This document shows positions 8,790-16,316 of a stretch of DNA of 26,722 bases, piece after piece (positions within the stretch are counted from its first letter, which is position 1; each line of letters begins with the position of its first letter). Origin of the DNA: an uncultured Clostridia bacterium (GTDB lineage: Bacteria > Bacillota > Clostridia > Christensenellales > Aristaeellaceae); contig CALCTW010000121.1 in assembly GCA_937907055.1 (NCBI GenBank), positions 1 to 26,722 on the forward strand, in the 5' to 3' direction. A program made the position numbers and the translations under genes. Under the pieces are notes generated by a model, which did no database searches, was not told the origin of the DNA, and saw only the letters and a program-made list of their open reading frames with translations.

Positions 8790-9887
8790 ATGACCGAACA
8801 GAAGAAAAAGAGCCTCTCCCCCGTGTGGGCCGTGCTGGCCGCGCTGGGCACGATCGCGGTGCTGCTGCTGATCTGCCTGACTGTGACGGACGGCAAGGTG
8901 GGCGAAAACGCGATCGACTTTTACCAGAGCGGAAGCTGGTGGGATGACAACTGGCAGATGCATGACAGCCTGGACGGCATGACCTTCACCTTCAAGAGCT
9001 ACGGCACGGTGATCGCCGCCGGCGCGCTGGCGGCCCTGCTGATCGGCTGGCTGCTGACCGGACGGAAGGATACGAAGCGGTACTGCGTATTCGCCTTCAT
9101 CGCGGCGGCTGCCGGACTGGTGCTGAGCCGTGTGCTGTACTGCGTGATCTGCCCCATTTATTACAGCGCGCACTTCCTGCCTGCCGGAACGCTTTTCCGC
9201 ATGTGGGACGGCGGCATGAGCATGGCCGGCGCCCTGCTGGGCCTGCTGCTGGCCGGACTGATCGTGCCCGGACGCAAGGGCAGCGCGGCCGTTACGGCGC
9301 CGCTGTTCATTGCCGGAGCCAGGATCGCGGAGCAGTTCTCCACCCAGATCGGACATGGCATCAGCGTGGAATTCGAAGGCATTTTCGCCGTGGAGCGCGG
9401 CTGGGGTTATCGCCTGAATGTGCATCTGATCGAAACGATCATGGCGCTGGTGATCCTGGGCATGGTGCTGGTGCTGCCGAGTATGCTGCGCAGGATAACG
9501 ACAAAGGAAAAGGCCGAAAGCATGCGGCTGCCTGCTTTCCTGGTGCTGTACGGCATCAGCCAGATCCTGATGGAGAGCCTGCGCAAGGACGAGCACATGG
9601 TGTGGGGCTTTGTGAAGGTGCAGATGATCCTGTATCTGCTGATGGCCATGGCCGGTATGGCGGCGGTGTGCTATGAGGGCAAGCCGCTGACAGACCTGAA
9701 GAAGAACAAATGGCTGTACGGCTTCCTGGTATCGCTGGGCATGGCCCTGCCCGTGATCACGTTTGAATTCGGCCTGGATAAGAGCGATATCCCGAACGGG
9801 CTGATCTACGCGGGCTATGTGCTGGTGCTGCTGTTCTTCATCGTGATGTTCTTCCTCCGGATGAAGAAGCACCTGAAAGAAAAATAA
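8790..9887 (+). CDS. divergent prolipoprotein diacylglyceryl transferase (Lgt)-family membrane protein
   Basis: By-eye alignment to E. coli Lgt:
- SYGTVIAAGALAAL aligns with WYGLMYLVGF.
- LFRMWDGGMSMAGALLG aligns with LFRVWDGGMSFHGGLIG.
- VHLIETIMALVIL aligns with HPSQLYELLLEG.
- LVLYGISQILMESLRKD aligns with LIGYGAFRIIVEFFRQPD.
It is a multi-pass membrane protein with an extra N-terminal TM segment and loop. Confidence 0.6.
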   Translation: MTEQKKKSLSPVWAVLAALGTIAVLLLICLTVTDGKVGENAIDFYQSGSWWDDNWQMHDSLDGMTFTFKSYGTVIAAGALAALLIGWLLTGRKDTKRYCVFAFIAAAAGLVLSRVLYCVICPIYYSAHFLPAGTLFRMWDGGMSMAGALLGLLLAGLIVPGRKGSAAVTAPLFIAGARIAEQFSTQIGHGISVEFEGIFAVERGWGYRLNVHLIETIMALVILGMVLVLPSMLRRITTKEKAESMRLPAFLVLYGISQILMESLRKDEHMVWGFVKVQMILYLLMAMAGMAAVCYEGKPLTDLKKNKWLYGFLVSLGMALPVITFEFGLDKSDIPNGLIYAGYVLVLLFFIVMFFLRMKKHLKEK

Positions 9888-9925
9888 AAAGCCGCCGAGA
9901 ACGCGGCCTGTACACGAGAAAAAGA

Positions 9926-10393
9926 ATGAGCGAAAAAGAATTTGAATACCGGTGGACCACAGGCGAAGACCCGGATTTTGACCGTTTTCATTCGATCACC
10001 GAAGCCTACTACAACAAGCTGGCCGGCGGCGCTGAAAACCGGAAGGCCTTTACCCCGAATAACACGGGAAAGAACGTCCGGGACGCGCTGGTCGTCTATG
10101 ACGGAAAGACCCCCATCGCCTGCTCTGCCCTGCGGCACTACAATGAGCAGGATATCGAGATCAAGCGTGTGTGGGTGGAGCCGGAATACCGCCGCAACGG
10201 GCTGGGCATGGAGATGCTGAAGCGCCTGGAAAAGCGCGCGCGGGAAAAGGGATATAAGCGCCTGATCCTGCAGACGCGCAAGGAAATGGCAAGCGCCATG
10301 TGGCTGTACACAAAACTGGGCTTTACAAGGATTGAGAACTATCCGCCCTATGACAAGCTGCCGGACGCGGCCTGCCTTGGCAAGGAACTGTAA
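9926..10393 (+). CDS. GNAT-family N-acetyltransferase
   Basis: 155 aa. Acetyl-CoA binding motif A is RVWVEPEYRRNGLGMEMLKRLEKRAREKGYKRLIL, followed by LYTKLGF. The RBS is weak, so the gene is probably co-transcribed with upstream genes. Confidence 0.85.
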   Translation: MSEKEFEYRWTTGEDPDFDRFHSITEAYYNKLAGGAENRKAFTPNNTGKNVRDALVVYDGKTPIACSALRHYNEQDIEIKRVWVEPEYRRNGLGMEMLKRLEKRAREKGYKRLILQTRKEMASAMWLYTKLGFTRIENYPPYDKLPDAACLGKEL

Positions 10394-10414
10394 GACAGAA
10401 AAACAGAAAAGCAG

Positions 10415-10461
10415 AAGGACTGACCGGAGGATGATGAGCATCGCCGGGACAGTCCTTTTTG
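10415..10461 (+). terminator. intrinsic terminator of the LRR-to-GNAT operon
   Basis: AAGGACTGACCGG (10415..10427) pairs with CCGGGACAGTCCTT (10444..10457), followed by TTTTT. Confidence 0.65.
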
Positions 10462-10500
10462 ATGCTCGGAAACGCGGCGGCAGAAGACGGGAACCCCTGA

Positions 10501-10540
10501 ATAAACATAAAAGGGGCACCGCGGAAAACCGCGGTGCCCC
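10501..10540 (-). terminator. intrinsic terminator of the CE15 esterase gene
   Basis: A perfect 12-bp stem, GGGGCACCGCGG (10513..10524) with CCGCGGTGCCCC (10529..10540), carries an AAAA loop. On the minus strand it is followed by TTTTATGTTTAT. Confidence 0.8.
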
Positions 10541-10610
10541 GATGGGTTAATCAGGATTTACGATCGCGCCTGAGGCTTTCGATCGTACCTGCGTCTGATC
10601 ACGAGAAAGA

Positions 10611-13583
10611 TCAGTTGCAGGTGAAGGTGAGCTCAACGGGACCGCCGATCATGTTGCCTTCGGTATCCACAGAGCGGAAGACGAAAGCATTGACTTCAGT
10701 GCCGGCTTCGACAGGAGAAGCGAAGGTGACGGTAACGGACTGAGCATCCTCGGCCCAGGTGAAGGAAGCATCGCACAGGACGCTGTAAGCGACGGCGAAG
10801 TCTCCGGTACGGACGGGCTCGGAGAAGGAAACGGTGAAGCCGTTGACATCAGCGGCAGATACGGTGATCTGCGCCTTGTAGGCGGATTCGGTGACAGCGG
10901 TGAATTCCGGACGAATCTCTTCGACGGGCTTCAGGGTGCCATCCTCGTTGTAGTCATAGACCCAGTTGCCCAGCACAGGCCAGGCAGTCTCATCCATGGG
11001 CAGACCCAGGGCGGGGGTGTTCTGACGGAGTTCGGGCTCCCAGACAGGTGTCTGCGTGCTGATGGTGTTGTAGGTGGTCTTGAAGCGCATACGGTTGGCG
11101 GCAGGAGCGTACTTCTGCAGCTCGACGTCCATGGCGATGGTGTAGCCCTGGAGCGCTTCGATCTTCGCGTTGCGCATGGAGTAGATCACGGTAGCATCCA
11201 TGGGAACATTGAAGCCCATGGTATCGGCATACAGGGTGATGGTGGCGCCGAAGGGCTGCAGGTAACCGCTCTGAGGAACAACAGTGCCATCCGCGAGGGT
11301 GATCTTGTTGTCGTAGTCATAGATATCGGTGGGCATCGGTTCGCCGTCCAGATACAGCAGGACAGGATCGGTCTCGCTGTCATAGTTGCTGAGCTTGGTG
11401 GTGAAGCAGATACCGGAGCCGGCGTCATGGCCCAGCGCGCTGTTATCGGTGATGGAGTGACGGAGAGCATCCTTCAGGGTCCAGCCGCAGATCTCGATGA
11501 CCTTGGCGTCCTTATCGCCCACGGTGGCGGCGACATAACGGCCGGCCTTCGCCTGTTCGGCGGTGATGGCGATGGAAGCGATACCGTCCACGGTATCACC
11601 GGTGAGGACGGTGCCGTCGGTGAGAGTCAGGGTGACCTGAGCCGCGTCGGTGTGGAATTCGAAGGTCATGGGAACGCCTTCGGTGACGTTGTTCTGTTCA
11701 GTCCACAGGATGTGCTTGCCGGGACGGCTCCACTTCATCATGGCAGAGGACAGATAGTAGGGATAACGGTTCATATCGGAGGCCTTTTCGAAGACCTTCT
11801 CGGGCAGGATGGTACCGTTGCCGTCGATGGCGTCGCGGCCATTGGTAGTCAGGGTGTCATAGTGCTTGCGGGTGAAGGTTTCGGCGCCGTAGAACAGATG
11901 ATCCATGATGGCCATGAGTTCGGGCAGGTCGCGGTCCTGATTGGCGTGAGCCTGGTCACGGGCGACGATGACGGCATCACCGGTGCCGAGGAAATCGAAG
12001 ACTTCCTTGGCGGCCAGGGTGTTCAGCACGGTGGCGGGATGGTTGCCCCAGGCGTCCTGAGCTTCACCGGTCCAGGCGATGACGTAGCGCTCTTCCTTGG
12101 AGGTGCCGAAGGAAGCGAGGATCTCGTGAGAATCGAAGGGGGTGTTATCGGCCAGATCGGGGCGGACGGTGAAGATCTGCGCGCGATCGAGGAACCACTG
12201 GTCTTCACCGGTGTTCTGGACGGCGCGCTGCATGGTCTCATTCAGACCATAGGCGAAGTCGTGGACTTCCACCATGCCGGACTTGTTCTGGACAGGGGGC
12301 TCGTAGCTGAACAGTTCACCTTCGGTGATGTAACGGAAACCGGTGGTACCGCCGGCACCGGAATCATCGGGAGCCACGATGTCGAAACGGGTGTCGCCGT
12401 TATCGCCGGTGTCATACAGAGCGGCCATCAGGGCGCGCTTACCGTTGTTGGAGCAGCCGGTGACAGCGGAGGAGTAGACATCGATATCGGGGATGATGGT
12501 GCTCTCATTGAGGGCAGCCTTTTCTTCAGCGGACAGGGCCATGTAGTTCTCGATGGCGTCCAGCGCGCGGCTGGCGATCCAACCGGAATGCATGAGGTCG
12601 CCGCTGTCAACAGCGTATTCATTGACGATGGTGTTGTCATTGTAGACGACAGGATCCGTCGGAGGATACAGTTTTTCGTAAACGCTCAGCTGACCGTTAT
12701 CCGGATCGGCGGTGTCATTGACCTGAATGTAGGCATAGCCGTTCTGATTCAGGGTGACGATCTGCTGTTCGGTGAGGCCGCTGATGGCGACGACAACGGG
12801 ATAACCGGTGCCGTTGCGGCTGGAATGCGCGTCACGGACAACGCCGTCGACCACGGGCGCTTCCTGCGGATAACGGATGTTGAAGGTCCACTTGACGCCT
12901 TCGCCCTTCGCGGCTTCGGAAACGTAAGCGGCGTTGTCGGGGTTGGTGTCACGGATGGTCATTTCAACGGTGACGGTGGGGAGCAGAACGAGCTGGACCG
13001 CGTCGCTGTGCTCCGCCCAGGTATCGCCGGCCTTCCAGGGGGCGAGACCTTCGGCCATGACGTAATCTTCGCCCTCATGGACGTAAGCGTCATTCAGGCT
13101 GGTGACATTGTAGAACAGGCCCATGCCGAAGCGGGACCAGTCCATCACAGTGATGTTGGCGCAGCCTTCGGGCAGGTTGGGCGCGACGCTGTAGCCCCAG
13201 GGAGAAGCGGGGCCGGTCATGATACCATCTGCCCAGACGAGCTGGTAGTTGTTGCGGACGGCGGTCACCGTGGTATCGCTCTTGAGAGGATCCATACGGG
13301 AGCCGTAGAGGTAGTACTGCGCCATGTCGCGAATCTCGGCGGCACGGGCATCCCATTCCTCAGCAGAATCGACAACGCCGTTGCCATTGGGATCGGCAGA
13401 GGCATCGAAGAAGGTGAAGGGATCGGGAAGGCTGGGATTCTCGGGAAGATTCTCGAGCTCCGCAGGATAAGGGAAGTAGGCGCGGGGGGCTTCCGTGTTT
13501 TCAGCTGAAGCCACAGAGGCGCCGCCCAGCGCGAGCATCGCGCTCAGTCCAACGGCCAGCACACGGGACAGGGTCTTTTTCAT
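10611..13583 (-). CDS. secreted CE15-family glucuronoyl-esterase-like protein with large insertions and C-terminal Ig-like domains (990 aa)
   Basis: Start is moved to ATG 13583 because AAGGAG directly abuts ATG 13592 (no spacer) but leaves a 9-nt spacer for 13583. The signal peptide is MKKTLSRVLAVGLSAMLALGGASVASA. CE15 landmarks:
- LPDPFTFFDA...EEWDARAAEIRDMAQYYLYG.
- GWIASRALDAIEN.
- Nucleophile block VTGCSNNGKRALMAA (consensus GCSRxGKGAL).
- DDSGAGGTTGFR. Confidence 0.75.
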   Translation of the reverse strand: MKKTLSRVLAVGLSAMLALGGASVASAENTEAPRAYFPYPAELENLPENPSLPDPFTFFDASADPNGNGVVDSAEEWDARAAEIRDMAQYYLYGSRMDPLKSDTTVTAVRNNYQLVWADGIMTGPASPWGYSVAPNLPEGCANITVMDWSRFGMGLFYNVTSLNDAYVHEGEDYVMAEGLAPWKAGDTWAEHSDAVQLVLLPTVTVEMTIRDTNPDNAAYVSEAAKGEGVKWTFNIRYPQEAPVVDGVVRDAHSSRNGTGYPVVVAISGLTEQQIVTLNQNGYAYIQVNDTADPDNGQLSVYEKLYPPTDPVVYNDNTIVNEYAVDSGDLMHSGWIASRALDAIENYMALSAEEKAALNESTIIPDIDVYSSAVTGCSNNGKRALMAALYDTGDNGDTRFDIVAPDDSGAGGTTGFRYITEGELFSYEPPVQNKSGMVEVHDFAYGLNETMQRAVQNTGEDQWFLDRAQIFTVRPDLADNTPFDSHEILASFGTSKEERYVIAWTGEAQDAWGNHPATVLNTLAAKEVFDFLGTGDAVIVARDQAHANQDRDLPELMAIMDHLFYGAETFTRKHYDTLTTNGRDAIDGNGTILPEKVFEKASDMNRYPYYLSSAMMKWSRPGKHILWTEQNNVTEGVPMTFEFHTDAAQVTLTLTDGTVLTGDTVDGIASIAITAEQAKAGRYVAATVGDKDAKVIEICGWTLKDALRHSITDNSALGHDAGSGICFTTKLSNYDSETDPVLLYLDGEPMPTDIYDYDNKITLADGTVVPQSGYLQPFGATITLYADTMGFNVPMDATVIYSMRNAKIEALQGYTIAMDVELQKYAPAANRMRFKTTYNTISTQTPVWEPELRQNTPALGLPMDETAWPVLGNWVYDYNEDGTLKPVEEIRPEFTAVTESAYKAQITVSAADVNGFTVSFSEPVRTGDFAVAYSVLCDASFTWAEDAQSVTVTFASPVEAGTEVNAFVFRSVDTEGNMIGGPVELTFTCN

Positions 13584-13840
13584 ACCATACATCTCCTTTT
13601 ATTTTGTAACGCCCTTGGGCGTCCAGGATCGATTGAATGACAAATAAGCCGTTCATATGGTTCACTTGTTGTCTGTATTATAATGCCGCTCCGCGGCAAA
13701 AACTATGCATTAACGGTGTAAAAGTATGCATATCCTGTTTTAGTTTGTGTATAACTTTCATTTTATCACCATATTCCACATTTTTTACTGCATAGTTCGT
13801 GTTTTGATAGGATAATGCTGCACGCTATCGATTACGGAGC

Positions 13841-13876
13841 AAAATAAAAAGCGCGCTCCGGGAGCGTGCTTTTTAT
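13841..13876 (-). terminator. intrinsic terminator after the 376-aa GNAT-like gene (hairpin flanked by A- and T-runs)
   Basis: AAAATAAAAAGCGCGCTCCGGGAGCGTGCTTTTTAT is a 9-bp stem with one mismatch or wobble. The minus-strand reading is followed by TTTTTATTTTG. Confidence 0.55.
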
Positions 13877-13942
13877 AACTTTGTGATTATACAAGAAGGA
13901 AATAAGCCCGTAAAACCCGGAAAAACCCCGGAAAAAGCAGGG

Positions 13943-15073
13943 TCATTCCTCCGGCGCGATGCGCTTGACATAGCTGCGGCGGCGCTTATGCTCCACCGAA
14001 TCGAAGCGCTTCCATTGATTGCGGATGGCGGCGTTATCCTCAAGATTCAGATTGGTCTCGGCATACTCGATGCCGTCCTCGCGGAGCATGCGCATGAGTT
14101 CCACGATGATGGCGGCAGAAATACCGCGATTGGCGTATTCCGGCTTGACGGCGACCAGCCCCAATTCCAGAATGGAGGGCTTTTTGATGGCCCTGAGCAG
14201 ACGGACGGCGGCAGCCGGTGTGATGTGGCCGCGGCTCTTCTGCACCGCCCGCGCGATGGACGGGAAGCTGATGCCGAGGCACACGACATTTTCATCCTTA
14301 TCCAGAATGACCGCGACAAACCGGAGGTCCACGATGAGGAGGAAATTGGCGATGGTCATCTTTTTCATGCCCTCGGTGAAGGGCACGGTGCCGTAAAGAT
14401 GCTGATAGCCTTCATCGAGCAGTTCAAACATCTGATCAGCGTAACGATCGATGAAATCGCGGACATTTTTGGCCGTACCGAAGTGCAGACCATAGCGGCG
14501 CATGACATAGGCGACCATCTTTTCAAGGGTCTCATCCTGCTGCTTCGGCGCCTTCAGGCGGCTTTCGAGCCAGTCCACTTCCTTGGTGAAACCCCAGTTT
14601 TCGATAAGATGCTGATAGTATTCGGCATTGTACTGCTCTTCAAAGGTGCTGAGCTGATCAAAGCCCTCCACCAGCAGGCCTTCGCGCTCCAGATCGGAAA
14701 ACCCGAGAGGGCCGACCAGCGTATCCATGCCGCGGGAAAGCGCCCACTGCTGCAGCTGATCGAACAGGGCGTTCGCGACCTCCTGATCATTAATGGCATC
14801 AAAGCGGGTAAAGCGGACACGCTTTTCCGAGCGGATGTCATTGCTGACCTTCTGCAGGATGCCGGAGACGCGTCCGACGATCTTACCATCCCTGTAAGCG
14901 TTGTAGTAGACGGCTTCGCAGGTGTCATTGTAGACATAATCCTTCGCGAAGATCTTTTTTTCATCCATGTAGAGCGGCGGAACAAAATACGGGTTATCCC
15001 GGTACAGATCGAGCGGGAAATTGAGGAACGCCCGCTGCTCCGCTTTGGTGGTGGCTTCTCTGATTTCGATCAT
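13943..15073 (-). CDS. two-domain GNAT-like N-acetyltransferase family protein (376 aa)
   Basis: ORF 13943..15292 is trimmed to ATG 15073, with RBS GGAGGGG 5 nt upstream. The start MIEIREATTKAEQRAFLNFPLDLYRDNPYFVPPLYMDEKKIF matches a conserved clostridial/bacteroidal GNAT-like family as I remember it. The C-terminal ELGLVAVKPEYANRGISAAIIVELMRMLREDGIEYAETNLNLEDN is an acetyltransferase motif-A-like block. Confidence 0.6.
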   Translation of the reverse strand: MIEIREATTKAEQRAFLNFPLDLYRDNPYFVPPLYMDEKKIFAKDYVYNDTCEAVYYNAYRDGKIVGRVSGILQKVSNDIRSEKRVRFTRFDAINDQEVANALFDQLQQWALSRGMDTLVGPLGFSDLEREGLLVEGFDQLSTFEEQYNAEYYQHLIENWGFTKEVDWLESRLKAPKQQDETLEKMVAYVMRRYGLHFGTAKNVRDFIDRYADQMFELLDEGYQHLYGTVPFTEGMKKMTIANFLLIVDLRFVAVILDKDENVVCLGISFPSIARAVQKSRGHITPAAAVRLLRAIKKPSILELGLVAVKPEYANRGISAAIIVELMRMLREDGIEYAETNLNLEDNAAIRNQWKRFDSVEHKRRRSYVKRIAPEE

Positions 15074-15184
15074 GATGACCCCTCCGGGTAATAATATACC
15101 CAAGATAAGTAAAAAACTTGAATAAGGATTGATCCTACGAGCATGCGCCGATACGATCATCGGTGCGAATATGGCATTCCCCGT

Positions 15185-15244
15185 CCCCTCACAGAGACGA
15201 AGAAATAAAAATTCATCGGTGGTGCCCCATCGCAGAGACGAAGA
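15185..15244. repeat. direct repeat inside a 326-bp non-coding spacer
   Basis: The exact 12-mer CAGAGACGAAGA occurs at 15192..15203 and 15233..15244 (41-nt offset), each preceded by CCCC (15185..15188 and 15225..15228). TCATCGGTG also occurs twice (15157..15165 and 15213..15221). Confidence 0.8.
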
Positions 15245-15399
15245 GCCGATCAAAGCGGCCGGAAATGCGCCGTCTATTTTTTCTTCAGGCAAAGCTGAAC
15301 GAAGGGAGGCGTAGCAGCGCTACGTTGACCGGAGTAAAGCACAGCCTGAGGGAAAAAGAGACAAGCAGACCGGTCACTTTGATCGGCGATGAGTCTCCA

Positions 15400-16269
15400 T
15401 TACTTATGGATGGCATGGAACGCCATACCGATGCCATTCGGCCCGCAATGGCTGCCGGCGGTGGGATTGCAATCGAGGATGATGAGATTGATGTCATCGC
15501 CCAGCTTTTCCTTGAGGCCGTTCACCATGTCATCAAGGAAATCATAGGCATCCGTATGGCTGAGGATGATGCGGTGATTCTTGACATCATCGCCCAGTTC
15601 GACCACTTTGTTGACGATGTGATCGATGGCCTTCTGACGGCCGCGTTCCTTGCCGCAGGACACCATTTTGCCTTCGTCATTCATGAAAATGATGGGGCGC
15701 ACGCCGATCAGGGTGCCCATGGTGGCGGCCAGACCGCTGACGCGGCCGGAGCGCTTGAAGAACTTGAGGTCATCGGCGAGGAAGTACATGGCGTAGTGAT
15801 CCAGATTGCTTTCGGACCAGGCCACGATCTCATCGGGCGTCTTGCCTTCGTGCACCATATCGGCGACTTCCATGACGATCAGCGCCGCGAGCGCGGAAAT
15901 GCCGCGGGTATCGATATGCCAGAACTTACGTTCGGGATACTTCTGCTGAAGACGGGCGACCGCCTTTTCCATATTTCCGAAGGTCATGGACATGGCAGCG
16001 GAGAAATGGATGTAGAAGATGTCATCGCCGGCGGCGAAAACAGGCTCGAAATATTCGATGTAGCGTTCCTCGCTGACCGCGCTGGTGGTGGGCAGCACGC
16101 CGCCGCGCAGCACATCATAGAACACGTGCGCGTCGAAGGTCTCGAAATCCACATAGGGCTCGATATTTTTGCCATCGATGGCGTAGGGCATGGAGATGAG
16201 AGAAAGCCCCATTTCCTTTGCCATGGACGGGGTGATATCGCAATCTGTATCGGTGAATAATCTGAGCAT
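15400..16269 (-). CDS. DegV-family fatty-acid-binding protein (FakB-like)
   Basis: 289 aa, with RBS AGGAGG 6 nt upstream. MLRLFTDTDCDITPSMAKEMGLSLISMPYAIDGKNIEP...LPTTSAVSEERYIEYFEP...HFSAAMSMTFGN...IDTRGIS is typical DegV architecture. Confidence 0.88.
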   Translation of the reverse strand: MLRLFTDTDCDITPSMAKEMGLSLISMPYAIDGKNIEPYVDFETFDAHVFYDVLRGGVLPTTSAVSEERYIEYFEPVFAAGDDIFYIHFSAAMSMTFGNMEKAVARLQQKYPERKFWHIDTRGISALAALIVMEVADMVHEGKTPDEIVAWSESNLDHYAMYFLADDLKFFKRSGRVSGLAATMGTLIGVRPIIFMNDEGKMVSCGKERGRQKAIDHIVNKVVELGDDVKNHRIILSHTDAYDFLDDMVNGLKEKLGDDINLIILDCNPTAGSHCGPNGIGMAFHAIHK

Positions 16270-16316
16270 GATAAACCTCCTGAAGCTGAACTCCTGTGAA
16301 GGGGACAGCGGATTTG

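Noticed and set aside
6954-9872. Very long antisense ORFs: 972 aa at 6954..9872 (-), 693 aa at 11427..13508 (+), 521 aa at 16470..18035 (+), 475 aa at 19011..20438 (+), 472 aa at 844..2262 (+), 402 aa at 13883..15091 (+), 378 aa at 4095..5231 (-), 365 aa at 15163..16260 (+), 344 aa at 2152..3186 (-) and 300 aa at 5137..6039 (-).
   Set aside because: Each lies exactly opposite a gene with clear family motifs. Their translations are low-complexity and rich in Arg, Ala, Gly, His, Gln and Asp, with no recognisable motifs, RBS or signal features. They are typical shadow ORFs of a high-GC, codon-biased genome.
13601-13622. A catabolite-responsive element (cre) at TTGTAACGCCCTTGG upstream of the CE15 gene.
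   Set aside because: It does not fit WTGNAANCGNWNNCW. The CG core is shifted by one position and the 3' half does not match.
13943-15292. N-terminal extensions proposed by the ORF track, namely 13943..15292, 595..2142, 17962..18879, 24659..26365, 23244..23942, 20496..20891, 21675..22040, 2269.. and 6948..
   Set aside because: In each case an internal start codon with a properly spaced SD-like sequence coincides with the conserved family N-terminus or a signal peptide. The extensions also run into mapped promoter elements or terminators.
15074-15399. Assignment of the repeat-containing spacer to a known riboswitch class (glycine tandem, TPP, c-di-GMP-I/II, ydaO/c-di-AMP, preQ1, guanidine-II).
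   Set aside because: I could not find the conserved core sequences of any of these classes on either strand by eye. It is left as an unassigned non-coding element rather than called an ncRNA.
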